The notes beneath the pieces were generated by a model, which was not told the DNA's origin, made no database searches, and saw only the letters and a list, made by a program, of their open reading frames with translations. A DNA stretch of 63,004 nt, the filler included, from Reclinomonas americana ATCC 50394 (Eukaryota): the NCBI GenBank assembly GCA_048213135.1. It is 7 parts of 4 records of this genome, joined end to end, with 100 filler letters (N's around TTAATTAATTAA, not from the genome) between each part and the next. Parts side by side here need not be neighbours in the genome. Positions count along the whole stretch, not along the records: positions 1 to 26,096 come from PS015827.1; positions 26,197 to 31,647 come from PS015829.1; 5 more parts are not named here. One strand, 5' to 3'. A program made the position numbers and the translations under genes. Positions 13,067 to 26,201 of this stretch are shown here, piece after piece (position 1 is the stretch's first letter; every line of letters begins with the position of its first letter).

Positions 13067-16000
13067 TCAAAATTTGGCATCGTGCCCGTGCACGAAGCCT
13101 CCCGACAAGTGACGGTACTCCACAATCTGCTGCCGAGCTCGCAACTGCGAGTCGTTCAGCAGAGCCAACTGTCGTAATGTGATGGCAGAGGCGCGCTCGT
13201 TGCCGGCGACGTCGATGCTGCGCAGCGTGCTTCCCGGCCGCGACAACGATGACACAATGGCGAGAATCGCAGCATCGTCCAGATGATTGTCTGCCGGTGG
13301 CGACGAGCGGTGAGTGCAGTGACTAACGAAGGTGGCGCTGCGACGGAATCGTGCGTACCCGAAATCATGAAGCGTCGCAGACTGTTGTTTTGCCAGAGGG
13401 CGGTCGCCAGCATGAGGCCACCAAACGTCGCAATGCGTTGCCCTGTGACGCAGTGAGAAGGTCAGCCTCTCTTCCCCCCAGCGCGCCTGTTGGTGGACGG
13501 ACTCACATGACACGTCGAGCACTCGGAGTGTCGTCGTCTGCTCGACGAAGCGAGCCACAATGACGGCGCCCTTGTCGGTCAACAGATTGCCTGACATAGA
13601 AGCAACGCACGGTTAGTGGCGTTGCGGAGGGTGCGCGAATATGGAAACACCGCAGACGCAACGACTAATATCGAGGTAAGTGAGCGTTGGACATTGTGCG
13701 GCGCCAGTCAGCAGCGCCTCGATGCCGGCATCACCAACTTGGTTGCCTGCATTGCACAAAGTGAGTCTGCGACCGCAGTTCTCGTGTTCCACATTTGCAC
13801 TCCACCACACCTGCCAAGCAGAGCCGCTGTAACCTGCCGTTTTGCGGCAGGTGCACGAGAATGTGGTTGGCCAGCTCTGGACCAATGTTGTTCTCTGCAC
13901 AATGTAAAATTCAGTCGGTCATGATGCTCATCACCCACCCAGCCGCAGCATCGCAGCCCCGTACCGCTAATGTTGAGTTCGGTCAGCGACGTGTTTTGCG
14001 CCAAGCGCTCCCACAAAAAGCGGGAGCCACGGGCGCCCAGCTTGTTGCCGCGCAGATTCAGCGACGTCAGAGTCTGGTTGACGGCCAACGCACTGGCCAG
14101 TGCCGCGCCACCAAACTTCATGAAGCCGAACTCGCTGCTGCCGGGGCTGACGGAGCTGAAGCCTTTGCCGCCACGCCCTGCTCCCAGACACACGCCGAAT
14201 GAGCGCATGCCTTCTCTCTCTCTCTCTCCATCAAGAAACAGCGTTGCGCACCTGTTGCAGAGTCATCGCGTCCACCGGTAATGTTGTTCCACTCGAGATT
14301 CAGGCGGACGAGTGCCTTATTATTCTGCAGAGCCTCCGCAACCATGGCCGCACCCTCGTCTTTCAGATCGTTAACTGTGTGTGAGAGGACCAGTGAGACA
14401 GGTGAAATATTAGTGCTTTCGCCTGCCACGCAACAGCCGAGTGACAGGCATTCCAGCGTCGGATGACCATCCACAAACTGGGCGAGAGCCACCGAGCCAG
14501 CTGGACCGCAGTGTGCGCCACTCAAGTCCAACGAGCGCAGTGGTGTGATGCGCTCCGCCTGCACCACCTCCCCCGCTGCGATTTGCTCAGCCTCGACGGC
14601 CTCGGACCGCTGCTGCCTCCTCAAATGCCGCATCAGTTCACGCACAAGTCGCTCCGTGGATCCACGTGGCACCAGAACTGTACACGTCCGAAAAAAAGGT
14701 GAGACAACAAACAGGCGGAGAAGGACAGGCCCCTCCCAGCTGCGCGGTCGCACCTCGAAGGTGGCTCACTCCCGTGAATGCCTCGGTCAGTGCCTCGAAT
14801 TGGTCAATCTCGTGCAACTCGGCGCACGTGGCCTGTGCGTACACCATTTCGCACCAGGCTCGCGATGTCATGCGTGTAGGTGCCAGGTCGCCCACATTCA
14901 AAAATGAGAATATTCGTTTCCACAATGCCTGCGTTGCCGCTTTCGTGGGTATTCCCTCTCGTCGTTTCCCCCTCTTCAACAAACGTGCACTCACCGGTTC
15001 CGGCAGCAAGTGGTCGAGACCGCGGAGTGGCGACACCGGCCCCCGCGCTGTCGCCAGCGCTCCACCGGCGCCGACATGTTTCCGGCTGAGCGGCGACGGC
15101 TCCGAGAAGGTGTACTTGAGTAGTGGTAGTTGGGTGACAGCCGCCTTCGCCGTGTCGATACTGAGTGGGGCGGCGTACCGTGCCTTCGGCTTTGGCACAG
15201 CAAACGACGGATTGTTACCGCCAGCGGCAGCCGATTTCGGGTGCGGTGGCACGCCAAAGGTGCGTGGCGAGGTCGATGACGAGCTGCCAGAGGAGGACGA
15301 CGAGCCGGAGCTGTGACCACCCGAAAAAGGACTAATGCGATTGTTGTTGCGCGTTGTGCGTACCAACGGTGGCGTCAGCCGCCGTGCCGGATCGACCAAA
15401 GTCGCCGCTGGTGGCATGAGTTGCCTGGCGGTCTCGGTGCTGATGAGTGGCGTGGCAGAGGGTTCGGAGCTGCGGCGTTGCGAAGACGATCGTTGTAGCC
15501 GTGGAGGCACAAACGAGGACGGAGCAGGTGGGGCCGACGGCAACGCCAACGGCAACACCGGCTGCTCCTCGTTGGCCAGCGACGACAGCAGTGGCGGCAG
15601 CTGATCCTCTTCCATCGCCTCCGGCTCGTCGGCTGGCGAGAACGATGCAGGCGGCAGGGATGCCGCCTGCGCCGTGTTGCTGCGCGCGGCAACGCTGTCA
15701 TCGTGCGGCGAAAACGGCGCCTCGACGGACCGTCTAAACAGCGACGGCGAACCAGAGGAGAGCGGTGGTGACGGTGATGGCTGTGGCGAGAATGCCACAA
15801 TCGGCAGCAGTGCAATGTCAGCCGCATCCACGACCACCACGTCGTCGTCGTCGTCTTCTTCGCCCTGCTGCATCTCCTCGGGTGGTGACACGGACGACTT
15901 GACGGATGCAGATGATGCCGACGACGCTGTTGATGCTGATGACGACGACGACGAGGAGGAGGAGGAGGAGAAGGAGGAGCGAGCGGCGCCTCCACGATGT

Positions 16001-16780
16001 TTCTTGGTCGATTCCCTAAACGCCTCCAACATGCTTCCCTGATCGTCGTCGTCGTCGTCATCGTCGTCGACAACATCGTCATCGTCGCCCCCGACTCCAT
16101 TCTTCCCCACGCCCGGAGCGGCACTGAGCTGCACATTGTCGCGCGCAAAGAACTTGCCATTGTCGATCGAGTTGTTGCGTGCGCCAGACCACACCGGTGG
16201 ACCACTCAGCGACGCTCGCCGCCCTCGATCGAGCGCCATGCGCAACAGCGAGTGCGGGTGATGATGATGCGGTCCAGGCACCGACTGCGTCACGTCCATC
16301 TCGTTGCAGGCGCCCGGCCGGGCCTCCTGACCCTGTTCGACACAAGCACAGATCAACAAACCGAACACATCATATCTCCTCTCTGTGTCGCGTGTGCCCA
16401 CTGACCGCCTGATCGCCATCGTCGCTGAGCAGCTCCTCCATGTCGGGATCGTCGGGAGAGAACGCCTGCTTGACCAGTGTGCGCAGGGCGGCGCCTTGTG
16501 GAAAGGGCGTCAGTTGTCGCACAGGTTCGTCTGCTGCTGCTGCTGCTCCAGCTGCTGCCGACCGCCCTGTGTGTGCGACCCCCGAGGTGCCTGGCTCATC
16601 GCTGTGGCCACTCGCCGCAGGCGTCGACGAAGAAGAGGAGGACGACGACGACGATGAAGACGAGTGCGCGTGTGCGGGTGGTGTGGGCACACACACGGCC
16701 ACCGTCGGCACCATGCTCAGCGCACCAAACGAGCTCCCGTGCAACGACCGTGCACGCGACATGGGGGGCGGACGCGACAT
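13067..16780 (-). CDS. F-box/leucine-rich-repeat (RNI-like) protein with long low-complexity N-terminus
   Basis: F-box-like LWKRIFSFLNVGDLAPTRMTSRAW followed by RNI-like LRRs (LVRLNLEWNNI, LTSLNLRGNKLG, LTYLDISRNLLTDKG). Start codon uncertain. Confidence 0.75.
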
Positions 16781-16862
16781 CTGTGTGCGTGTGCGCCACA
16801 ATCTTGCCTGTGTTCTTCCAACGGCGGGTTTGCGTGCCCAAATTGCTGCCATTTCATTTGCC

Positions 16863-19292
16863 TTACAGAATGGAAGCCAGCGCATTCTCAAAACGATAGG
16901 CGCGCGCGGTGCTGGCCGGCAAGCGGTTGACAGCCGCACGTGCAGTTTCGACACCGCCCCACGGACTCTCCTTCGGGTCCAGTGGCGCGAAGAAGGGATC
17001 TGCAAGGCAATTTCGTGAGAAAATAATTGCAGAAAAGCTCCTAGTCCACAGCTGGAGGAACGCAACGATCGGTGCCAAACATGACGCGGCTGGGGTCGGC
17101 GAGCTTGGAGAGGGCCGACATGGCGGGATCGCCGTACACCAGGCAGTCGTAGTACAGCATGCGGAGGTAGTGTGATGGCGGGTGGGCCAGTTTGTGAGCC
17201 ACCTGCGACAGTGGTCAGTCAACTCACGAGGGAAATGAAGAAGAGAAAGCGCACCTCCTTGTCTGTGTGGACGCAGTGATCGAGGCGGGCCATGAGGTAC
17301 GGCAGGGTGCCTCCACCGTGCGCAATCAGCATGCGCAGCTGCGGGTGACGATCGAGCACGCCCGACAGCACCATGCGACACACGGCGGTCGTGGTCTCGA
17401 ACGGGAAGCCGAGCGCCAGATACAGACTGTGACCGTAGCCGCCTGTGTACACGCACACACATATGAGACAGTGCGTCGAAAAGAATGCCCTTCAACAACC
17501 GGGGAGAATGCGAACCGCCGTACGCCTCGTTGCCGAGACCGTAGTGCGGGTGCAGGAAGAGCATCAACTTGGTGCGCTCGAGCGCCGACCACAACGGCTC
17601 CATGAGCGGATCGTCCAGACCGCGACCGAGCCCCGTCGAGCCAATGATGAATCCACGGCAGTGCGGGAGACGCGCCACGCGTTCAATTTCCTCCACACAT
17701 GCTTGCGGATCGGCCTGCACACGCAAGGTCAGCGCAGAGCAAAAAACACGACACGCATCAAGCGACGCACGCACGCACCACCGGCAACACGCCAAACCAC
17801 AGCAGCCGCCCATTCGAGTTGGCACTCATTCTGCGCACTGCGTGAGCAACGACAAGGAAAGAGCAAAGAAAGAGCGCGGCGCAAACGCAACTGCTCCAGA
17901 TCGTCATTCACGATCTTGGCCAGTCCAGGCGCCTCAGCCGCGCCCACAAAGTCCAGCCACGGATTCGCCACACTCACCACAGACACCTACAAAGAAGGTC
18001 AGCAACGACAACACAGAGCACAGGAAGAGCTGTTGCTGGACCTGAATCTTATGCACGTCCATGAAGCGGATCTTCTCCTCGGCCGAGTAGAACGAGGGCC
18101 CAATGACACGCCCGCGCTTGGTGCTCGCCTCCGCCGCCTCATCCGGCAGAATCACCAAGCGATCCTCTCCACTCTCCGCGTGCCGAAACACAAACGGAAC
18201 CGTCGAGCGTGCACGCATAATCTACAACCCCCCCGTTATAGTGTTGGCGACGAATGCATGCACAAGAGTGGAAGAGTGGAAGAGCGCAACATCCATGTAC
18301 ACGGGCGGATACATGTGCGTGTGGACATCGACCGTCCACCCCTCCTCATAGCGCTTCATCGCCTGCGCACTCACCGACTACGCGCGCACGTGGCATGAGC
18401 GTGCAAGACACACACACACACACACTTGCACACACAGAGGAGGAGAACGCAACCNNNNNNNNNNNNNNNNNNNNNNNNNNNNNNNNNNNNNNNNNNNNNN
18501 NNNNNNNNNNNNNNNNNNNNNNNNNNNNNNNNNNNNNNNNNNNNNNNNNNNNNNNNNNNNNNNNNNNNNNNNNNNNNNNNNNNNNNNNNNNNNNNNNNNN
18601 NNNNNNNNNNNNNNNNNNNNNNNNNNNNNNNNNNNNNNNNNNNNNNNNNNNNNNNNNNNNNNNNNNNNNNNNNNNNNNNNNNNNNNNNNNNNNNNNNNNN
18701 NNNNNNNNNNNNNNNNNNNNNNNNNNNNNNNNNNNNNNNNNNNNNNNNNNNNNNNNNNNNNNNNNNNNNNNNNNNNNNNNNNNNNNNNNNNNNNNNNNNN
18801 NNNNNNNNNNNNNNNNNNNNNNNNNNNNNNNNNNNNNNNNNNNNNNNNNNNNNNNNNNNNNNNNNNNNNNNNNNNNNNNNNNNNNNNNNNNNNNNNNNNN
18901 NNNNNNNNNNNNNNNNNNNNNNNNNNNNNNNNNNNNNNNNNNNNNNNNNNNNNNNNNNNNNNNNNNNNNNNNNNNNNNNNNNNNNNNNNNNNNNNNNNNN
19001 NNNNNNNNNNNNNNCCGTTATAGTGTTGGCGACGAATGCATGCACAAGAGTGGAAGAGTGGAAGAGCGCAACATCCATGTACACGGGCGGATACATGTGC
19101 GTGTGGACATCGACCGTCCACCCCTCCTCATAGCGCTTCATCGCCTGCGCACTCACCGACTACGCGCGCACGTGGCATGAGCGTGCAAGACACACACACA
19201 CACACACTTGCACACACAGAGGAGGAGAACGCAACCCGACTGTGACGCCACACAGGCAACGCGCGAGCCGACGCACGCAACAACATGGACAT
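16863..19292 (-). CDS. Amidohydrolase_2 family decarboxylase, uracil-5-carboxylate (iso-orotate) decarboxylase/ACMSD-like, with probable mitochondrial presequence
   Basis: Motifs DVHTHMYP, VSVANPWLDF, FLHPHYGL, LALGFPFETT, AHGGGTLPYL, FGTDHPFF; N-terminus MSMLLRASARALPVWRHSR. Confidence 0.88.
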
Positions 19293-19376
19293 GCTTCCTC
19301 CCTCGCCACTCACTGTGCGCGCGCGTGTGTGATGCAGGACGCAGATGAGACAATGGACTTCACTCTCGTCACTCTC

Positions 19377-19974
19377 TCAATCATACACACCCCACCGCTC
19401 TCGCCGCAGCTGCTCCACCTGCGCGCGTCGCACCGACGGATCGCCACAACACCGCTTATGCTTGCGCCCACTGCCACACAGACACACATCATTCGGTCGC
19501 TGCTGCATCAACGCGCGTCCTCCAGCGGCACCCATGCGCGCAGGCAGTCCCAGTGATGCAGCAAGTGCCGCCTGCAACGCCGGGTCATCGTCTTCGTCAA
19601 GTGGAGGTGGTGGAGCAGGCTCATCGTCCTCCTCGTGTTGTTGGTGTTGTTGTTGAGGGTTAAACATAGACGCGGGATGCAACTGCTCAGCAGACAGCTC
19701 GCCCTCCAGTCGCTGGAAGCCCGGGTTGAACACCGAGTACGCCGACAGCTCACCAGGCGCCTGCGCACACACAGTCAGGCCTTTGTGTTTCATTGTGACT
19801 TTTTCTGCTCATATAATACGCGACTCGTGTTCGCCGATCGAGTGTGAGATAGATGCCGGCAAAGGCGCTGAAGATAAAGTAGAGGATGCCGCCTTCGACA
19901 GAGAGCGCCCATGAGTAGCCGGCAATCCACACGGCGAACAGGAGGAGAAGACGTTGCCAGGTCCACGCAAACAT
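19377..19974 (-). CDS. SAYSD1: SAYSvFN-domain protein with UIM-like segment and C-terminal SEC-C zinc motif
   Basis: Hydrophobic N-terminus, GELSAYSVFNPGFQRLEG, DDDPALQAALAASL, PNDVCLCGSGRKHKRCC; one intron (19824-~19761). Confidence 0.85.
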
Positions 19975-20064
19975 TAGAGAATTGACTGACTGACTGAGAG
20001 GAGTGCTCGCGACTGTCTGTGTGATCCTGTGTCTGTCTTGTGTGTGTGCTTGTGCGTGGTGGCG

Positions 20065-21959
20065 ATGTGGATCGGCAAGGTGTGCAGGCGTCACTCTCTC
20101 TATGTGTACACGCGTGTGTGCGTGTGAGTTGTGAGCGTGACTGTCTTTGTTTGTTGTGCAGCGGCATCCCGCTGGCTACTTGATGGTGGTGTTTGGTGAG
20201 TGTTTGCGTGATGGTGCTTCAACACATACACGCACACAGGCGCACACAAGAGACCAGTGCACGCAAGACAAAAAAGTGATCCGTGTCAAGAAATCAGCGC
20301 ATTCTCGCGCCTTCTCATCAGTTGCACACGCGCATCTGCGTGCACTGTGTAGTAGGCGACAGTGTGCTTGGCGTGTGTTTGGTGTGTGTGCGCCATGGCC
20401 GTCTTCTCTCATCTCTCGCGCGCGCAGTTCTTGGTCTTGTCGGCTACGTGTCGTATGCGTATGCGTTCGAGTCGGTGCCGTATCGGTTGAGCGAGTCGCC
20501 TGCGTGGAGTGTCAGCCGATTAGTGGTCTATGTGCTGGGCGCGTCGCTGTTGACGGTGTCGTATTTGCGATGTGTGTTTACGAATCCAGGGTGCGTCCCT
20601 CAAGCCCTTCCATCGTCGTCGTCGTTGTCGTACTGGCGCTGAGTTGGTCGGTTGTGCTTGTGGTGTAGGTGGGTTCCACCGGACTGGCATGTTGGGGAGC
20701 AGTCGGCGGAGGACTCGGAGGCGAGTGAGATCGAGACCGGTCGTCATCGCTCGCAGCATGCAAACAATGGCGCCGTCGCCACTGTCGGCAACGGAGCCGG
20801 CACGACGGTGACCACCACGAATGCCACGTCGACTGCCGGCCACTTGAGCGATCATTCTGGCTCCGACTCTGATGACGACGACGAGGACGATGAGGAGATT
20901 GATCTCGAGACGTGCGTCTGTTCGCGTTGCCCTGCCCTGCTGTGCGCGCTCTTGAAGACTCAGGCTGGGAGTGATGCACAGTGGCCACTCCATCCCCGTA
21001 CGGAGGCAACAGAGAACGGCGCTGCTGCCACCGAATCGCGCCGCTGGTCGTGGTGGATCGTCGCAGCCGTTTGACAATCCGCTCCGCCACGAGGACATTC
21101 GGGCGTGCCGCCGCTGCAATCGTCCCAAGCCCGAGCGCGCACACCACTGCAGCATTTGCAAGCAGTTGCGTGCCTGCCTGCTTCTGTGTTGCATGAGTGC
21201 TCTGCTCTTTTGCTTACCCCGATGTCGTGGTTGTGCGCAGCTGTGTGAAGCGAGTGCGTCTGACAGTCCCCTGGCGTCGCTGCACGGCGTGAGTCTCTTC
21301 TCACTCACTCTCTTCCGCTGTCTATCACCAGATGGACCACCACTGCCCGTGGGTTCACAACTGCGTCGGCTTCCACAACCACAAATTCTTCTTCCTGTTC
21401 CTCCTGTGGACGTGCTTCACGTGCCTGTGGGTGGCCGTCACCATGTTCCCCGATTTCTTGGCCGTCCTCAAGGTGAGACACGCACGCCCACGCATCCAGT
21501 GCCCTCCTTGTTGTTTTTGACTCTTACGCTACTGTGTAGGACGCAAGCGAGCGTCCGCAAGGACTCTCGACCAACATCATGGTGGCGTTCTTCATCTCAG
21601 GCGTCTTCGGCATGGTCCTCATCTGCTTTGGTGGTTTCCACATGCACCTCATCTTCACCAATCAAACCACCCTCGAATCCATCGGCACGGGTGGTTCGTC
21701 TTGTTTTCCCCCCTCTTCCACCTGTGCCGGCGTCTGACTCGCACACTGCGGCGCAGCGGAAAAGTATGACATGGGCGCGTACGCAAACGCTCGTCCCATT
21801 CTCGGCGGCAGCATGTGGCAGTGGTTCCTGCCGGTGGCCGTGGACCCGGCGGTGGCCGGCGACGGCATGCATTTTGATCGACGAGAGAGTGACGGATCAT
21901 ACACATATTACGAGAGGACACGGCGGAAGACGCAGCATAGCTCCGAGGTTCGTCGCTGA
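20065..21959 (+). CDS. DHHC palmitoyltransferase
   Basis: Spliced [56 protein letters not shown] and YDMGAYAN motifs, plus TM segments. Confidence 0.93.
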
Positions 21960-22161
21960 CAATGGTGAATTGTTGTCCGTCTGATTGCTCACTCGCACCT
22001 CCCGACGCTGCGCGCAGGTCCGCGTTCAACCACCGAGTTTCACATGAGAAAGAGCGAGTGAGCTTTTTGTCTGCAACCGCGATGTGTATTGTAGAGGTTG
22101 TTGATATTACAGCAACAACAATCAATCTTCATCGGCGGCAGGGAAGTGCGTGTGGTTAGCA

Positions 22162-22192
<31 letters not shown>

Positions 22193-22306
22193 GTGATACA
22201 GGGGCGGAGAGCGCGCTGAAACAGGAGGATATAGTGACACAAATAGACATCTAACAAGTGGCGGCAGTGTAAGGTGAGGTGCACAGAGGCACATTTTCTC
22301 TTCGTA

Positions 22307-24045
22307 CTATGAACTAGCCCCGTCGGTTATTGACACGGGTGCTGCGCCGGCGGCGCTGGCACCAGCCGCCATGGCGACTGCGGCTTCCACCGAGGCGGCG
22401 GTGGCCGACAGCCGGAAGCTGATGTGCTTGGTGATGAGGTCAATAGCAACTGTGCAAGTACATGCCTCTTGTGTCAGCTGGGCAGAGAAACAGGGAGCAA
22501 AGCACGAAATAAGGCCCACCAAAATTGTCACCACCACGGGGGATGATAATGTCGGCCCACTTCTTCGTCTGCAATGGACACGCGCGTCTGTTCAGCTGCT
22601 GCGCGAGTCATTCCACAATCATCGGAGATGGGCAACTTACCGGGTTGATGTACTCGTCGTAGCTCGGCTTCACACTCTTCTCGTACTGCGTCAGCACCGA
22701 CTCGAGAGTTCGACCGCGCGACGTAATGTCTCTCCGGACTGAGCAGCAAGGGAATCGTCAGCGCTCAAACACATGCACACACACACACACACACAGAGAA
22801 TGCGCGTCTGCGGAGGTGACACGCAACTGCGTCTCTGGTGGTGGATCGTGAGAAGCACAGCAAGTGAGTGAATCGTTGACGTGCACACAGCAACGCGTGC
22901 AAGCATGCATACGTACCGCCAGCCGGGTATCAGAATCCTGTATCGTTCATTGCGGAGGTCAGCACCAAGTTTGCGAAACGCAGGAGGCATGTGGGCAACG
23001 GTAGCGCAACAGTGTCCACAAAGATCTTCATGTCCATCAGCTCGCGGGCCTCGGCATCGTACAGTGCCATAATACCCTGCGACAACACACAGATTCGGCG
23101 ATGAGCGAAAAGTGATCGATCCTGCTCCAGTAATCGCTCGAGCATCCGCACCTCGATGATCACCACCTCGGTGCCCTGCACGCTAGTGTGGCCCACCTGC
23201 ACCGCCCACTCCCACAGTCAGCCAGCCACTCATGCACGAACTCACGAACGGATCATCAACCAACACACCCTCGAGTTGGTCTTGAAGTCATACTTTGGAA
23301 TCTGCACAGCCTTGCCTGCAACGGACATCAGCACATACACTCACAGCTGCATCGCCTCCTCCATACCTACACGCAGCGCCCACAGCACATCGCGGAACAG
23401 TTGGTGATCGAACGCATCTGCAATCGCACTCGCCACGGTGAGCCATCGCTGTGCAGTGACACACACACACTCTTCTCATGCTGCCTCGCACCTGGATGAT
23501 CAAAGTTGTACGCTCCGGAGTGTGCCAGATCCTGCTCGTCACTGCCACCATCGTCAGACAGACAGACAGTGAGTGAGAGAGAGCTCTGACACCTACTCAC
23601 CAGGTCAACTCCTTGTAAAAGTTGTCGTGTGACACCATGGTAACCCGGCCATCCAGTGCAGCACAGATCTGCAACACAACGCACATGCGGTGAGTGACAC
23701 TCCATCGCGCATATGCGCACAAGTCGATCGCCACCAAACCTTGTCACACACAGTGGTCTTTCCAGAGGCCGTGCCACCCGCCACACCTGCATAACACAAA
23801 GAGAACGAGTCCATTTTCAGGAGCAGGGGGGAGGTCACGGGGGTGCGTGTCAGTCACAAGTGCACATGCACATGCACAGGGACAAGCACACACACACGCG
23901 CGCGCGTGAACGGACCAATGATGAGTGCGCGACGTGAGGGCGTCAGTGGAACCTCCCTGTGTCGACCAAAGTCACCGCCCTCCTCCACATCGTCAATCTC
24001 CTCCTCGTCAAAGGTCTCCAACTCGGACAGTGCGTGCGAGGTCAT
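22307..24045 (-). CDS. UCK: Uridine-cytidine kinase
   Basis: [84 protein letters not shown]. Confidence 0.95.
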
Positions 24046-24166
24046 GAGTGGCGTGTTTGTGTTGGCGTGTGCGGTCGGACAAAGTAATCAAGCGCGGAGG
24101 CAAAGGCAAACCCCTGAGTGGTGCGGGAAGGTGATGATGGTGATTGCGCGCGGGTAGGCGATTGAA

Positions 24167-26096
24167 ATGGATGAACTGCGCAAAACCAGCAATGCAGGAN
24201 NNNNNNNNNNNNNNNNNNNTCTCTCTTTTTCAGAGTCGCTGATTTGCATTGCAGTCGACGAGTCACGATCAGTGGGTGTTCTTCTTCCACGACTGGCGGC
24301 TGTTGGGCGGCTTTGACGACTTGTGCTTGGCGCTGCGTCGGGCGTCGTTTCTGCGGCGACTCAAGATTGCAAGTTGAGTGAGACGCGCACACAGAGAGAA
24401 AGAGGCGATCGAATTGGGGTGTCTTATTCGATTGCATGCAGACACGCAGCATACGCTGGACGATGTGTCGACGTGGGCGCTGTGCTCGGCGTTGGAGTCG
24501 GTCAACATCACGCATCTGGCGTTGCCGGGTATGCTTCGAGGTCATTGCGATCTCTTGGAGAGTGTGTGGACTGACTCTCTGTGTGCTGCAGGCAACGAGT
24601 TGAACAGGGACACGGCAAAGCACATTGCGTCGTTGATCAAGGTGTCGGCGTCGCTGCAGGTGTTGGATCTCACGCGCAACTCGCTCGACAATGAGGCGAT
24701 GGGTGAACTCGCCGATAGCCTCACGCGCACGACCTCGCTGCGACAGCTGCTGCTTGCATGTTGCGTGTGTGGCCTGTCGTTGTTGTTGGTTGTCCACCGT
24801 GTCGTGCCTCTCATGTTGTTTGTCGGCCAGTCAACAAGATCCAGGACTTTGGACTCAGCTACCTCGGCGACGCGGTGCGCGCCAATCGCACGCTGCAGGT
24901 CATTGACGTGACCGGCGCTGTGTTTGGGTACGTGTGTCTTCTCGGTGCCTCTACCAGTGACCCAGTACTCAGGAATCCACTGGCGTGTGCACAGCGTGCA
25001 AGCGGCCACTACATTTGGGTCGGCGCTGGAGGCGATTGCGAGTGACGGAAGGACTCTGCGTACGCTGCGGTTAACGAGTTGCGTCTATCGATTGCCTTCT
25101 CTTCATTCTCATCCCAATCGCCCTCATCTCACATCGGTATCGCCAGCCTGCTCAATGGACGACGCCACCATGGAGACCTTGTTCCGCACTCACTCATTAC
25201 CGGTGGTGCAGCTGTACTTGGATGGTATCCTGTGCACGTGAATTCTTTGGGCGATCACATGTAGCTCTTACTTGTTCACCGCTCTCTAGGCAATCGGTTC
25301 ACGGAGGCGGGTCTCAGACCACTGGCCAACGCCATTGCCAGGTCGCGGTCCGTCAACTATGTGAATCTCACAGGTCCGTCTCTGCCACTGCAGATTCTAC
25401 TGCTTCGTGAGGGCACTAAATTGATCACTCGCGCAGCGGTCGCGATTGGTGCTGCTGGAGCTGCGCATCTCGGCAGGGCTCTGATGACAAGCAACACGCT
25501 GAAGCATGTGGAGATTAATGGTTGGCGTGAAGGGTGTTGCATGACGTGGCGTGACGGTGGCCTGAAATGTGTGTGGTGCGCAGGGTGCGAGCTGGGCGAC
25601 GAGGGTGCGGCGGCAATCGCCGCCGGCCTCAGTGACAATTGGTCATTAACTCGACTGGGAATGCAAGGTCTGTGTGCGTGTCTGTCTCCACAGAGACGTG
25701 TGCTTCGTGAGGGCGATGTCGCTCACTGGCAAGAGGGGCAGGTAATTCAATTGGAGCGGCTGGAATCGCAGCACTGGCACGGTCATTATCGACGAATAAC
25801 AAGACGGTGCTGTCGGACTTGAATCTGAGTCGTTGCGTCTTGTACGTGTAAGCTTGCGAAAATACTTGTGACAGTTTCCTCACTGCACATGGCGAGACAG
25901 GAAATCCGCTCGGCGATGACGGTGTGCATGAAGCGGTGCCCCACTCGTGTCTGTCACTCTTCTCACCTCGCATCCACGCAGGAATGGTGCACGTGGCGAC
26001 TCTGGTGGACAAGTGCCCGCTGGAATGCCTCTTTGTTAATGGTAGGGTGGAAGGAGAGCGCAGCAACAAGCGTTGAAGATGCTTACATTTTCGGCA
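24167..26096 (+). CDS. RNI-like leucine-rich-repeat protein (3' end runs into gap)
   Basis: Repeated one-LRR exons (LQVLDLTRNSLDNEAM, LKHVEINGCELGDEGAAAIA, LNLSRNPLGDD); no stop before the gap. Confidence 0.75.
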
Positions 26097-26201
26097 NNNN
26101 NNNNNNNNNNNNNNNNNNNNNNNNNNNNNNNNNNNNNNNNTTAATTAATTAANNNNNNNNNNNNNNNNNNNNNNNNNNNNNNNNNNNNNNNNNNNNTTTA
26201 G

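Noticed and set aside
17060..17066. Reading GTTGCG donors as GC-AG introns cut 3 nt downstream
   Set aside because: It preserves frame but inserts a residue into fixed-spacing motifs (FGTDHPFF, DxxDG, CDGSH, DHHC) and destroys the split ATG at 7415.
18233..19236. Exact ~222-bp direct repeat flanking an N gap (18233-18454 = 19015-19236)
   Set aside because: It duplicates an exon and intron of the amidohydrolase at the two contig ends; collapsing it restores one intact gene. This is an unmerged contig overlap, not an LTR or exon duplication.
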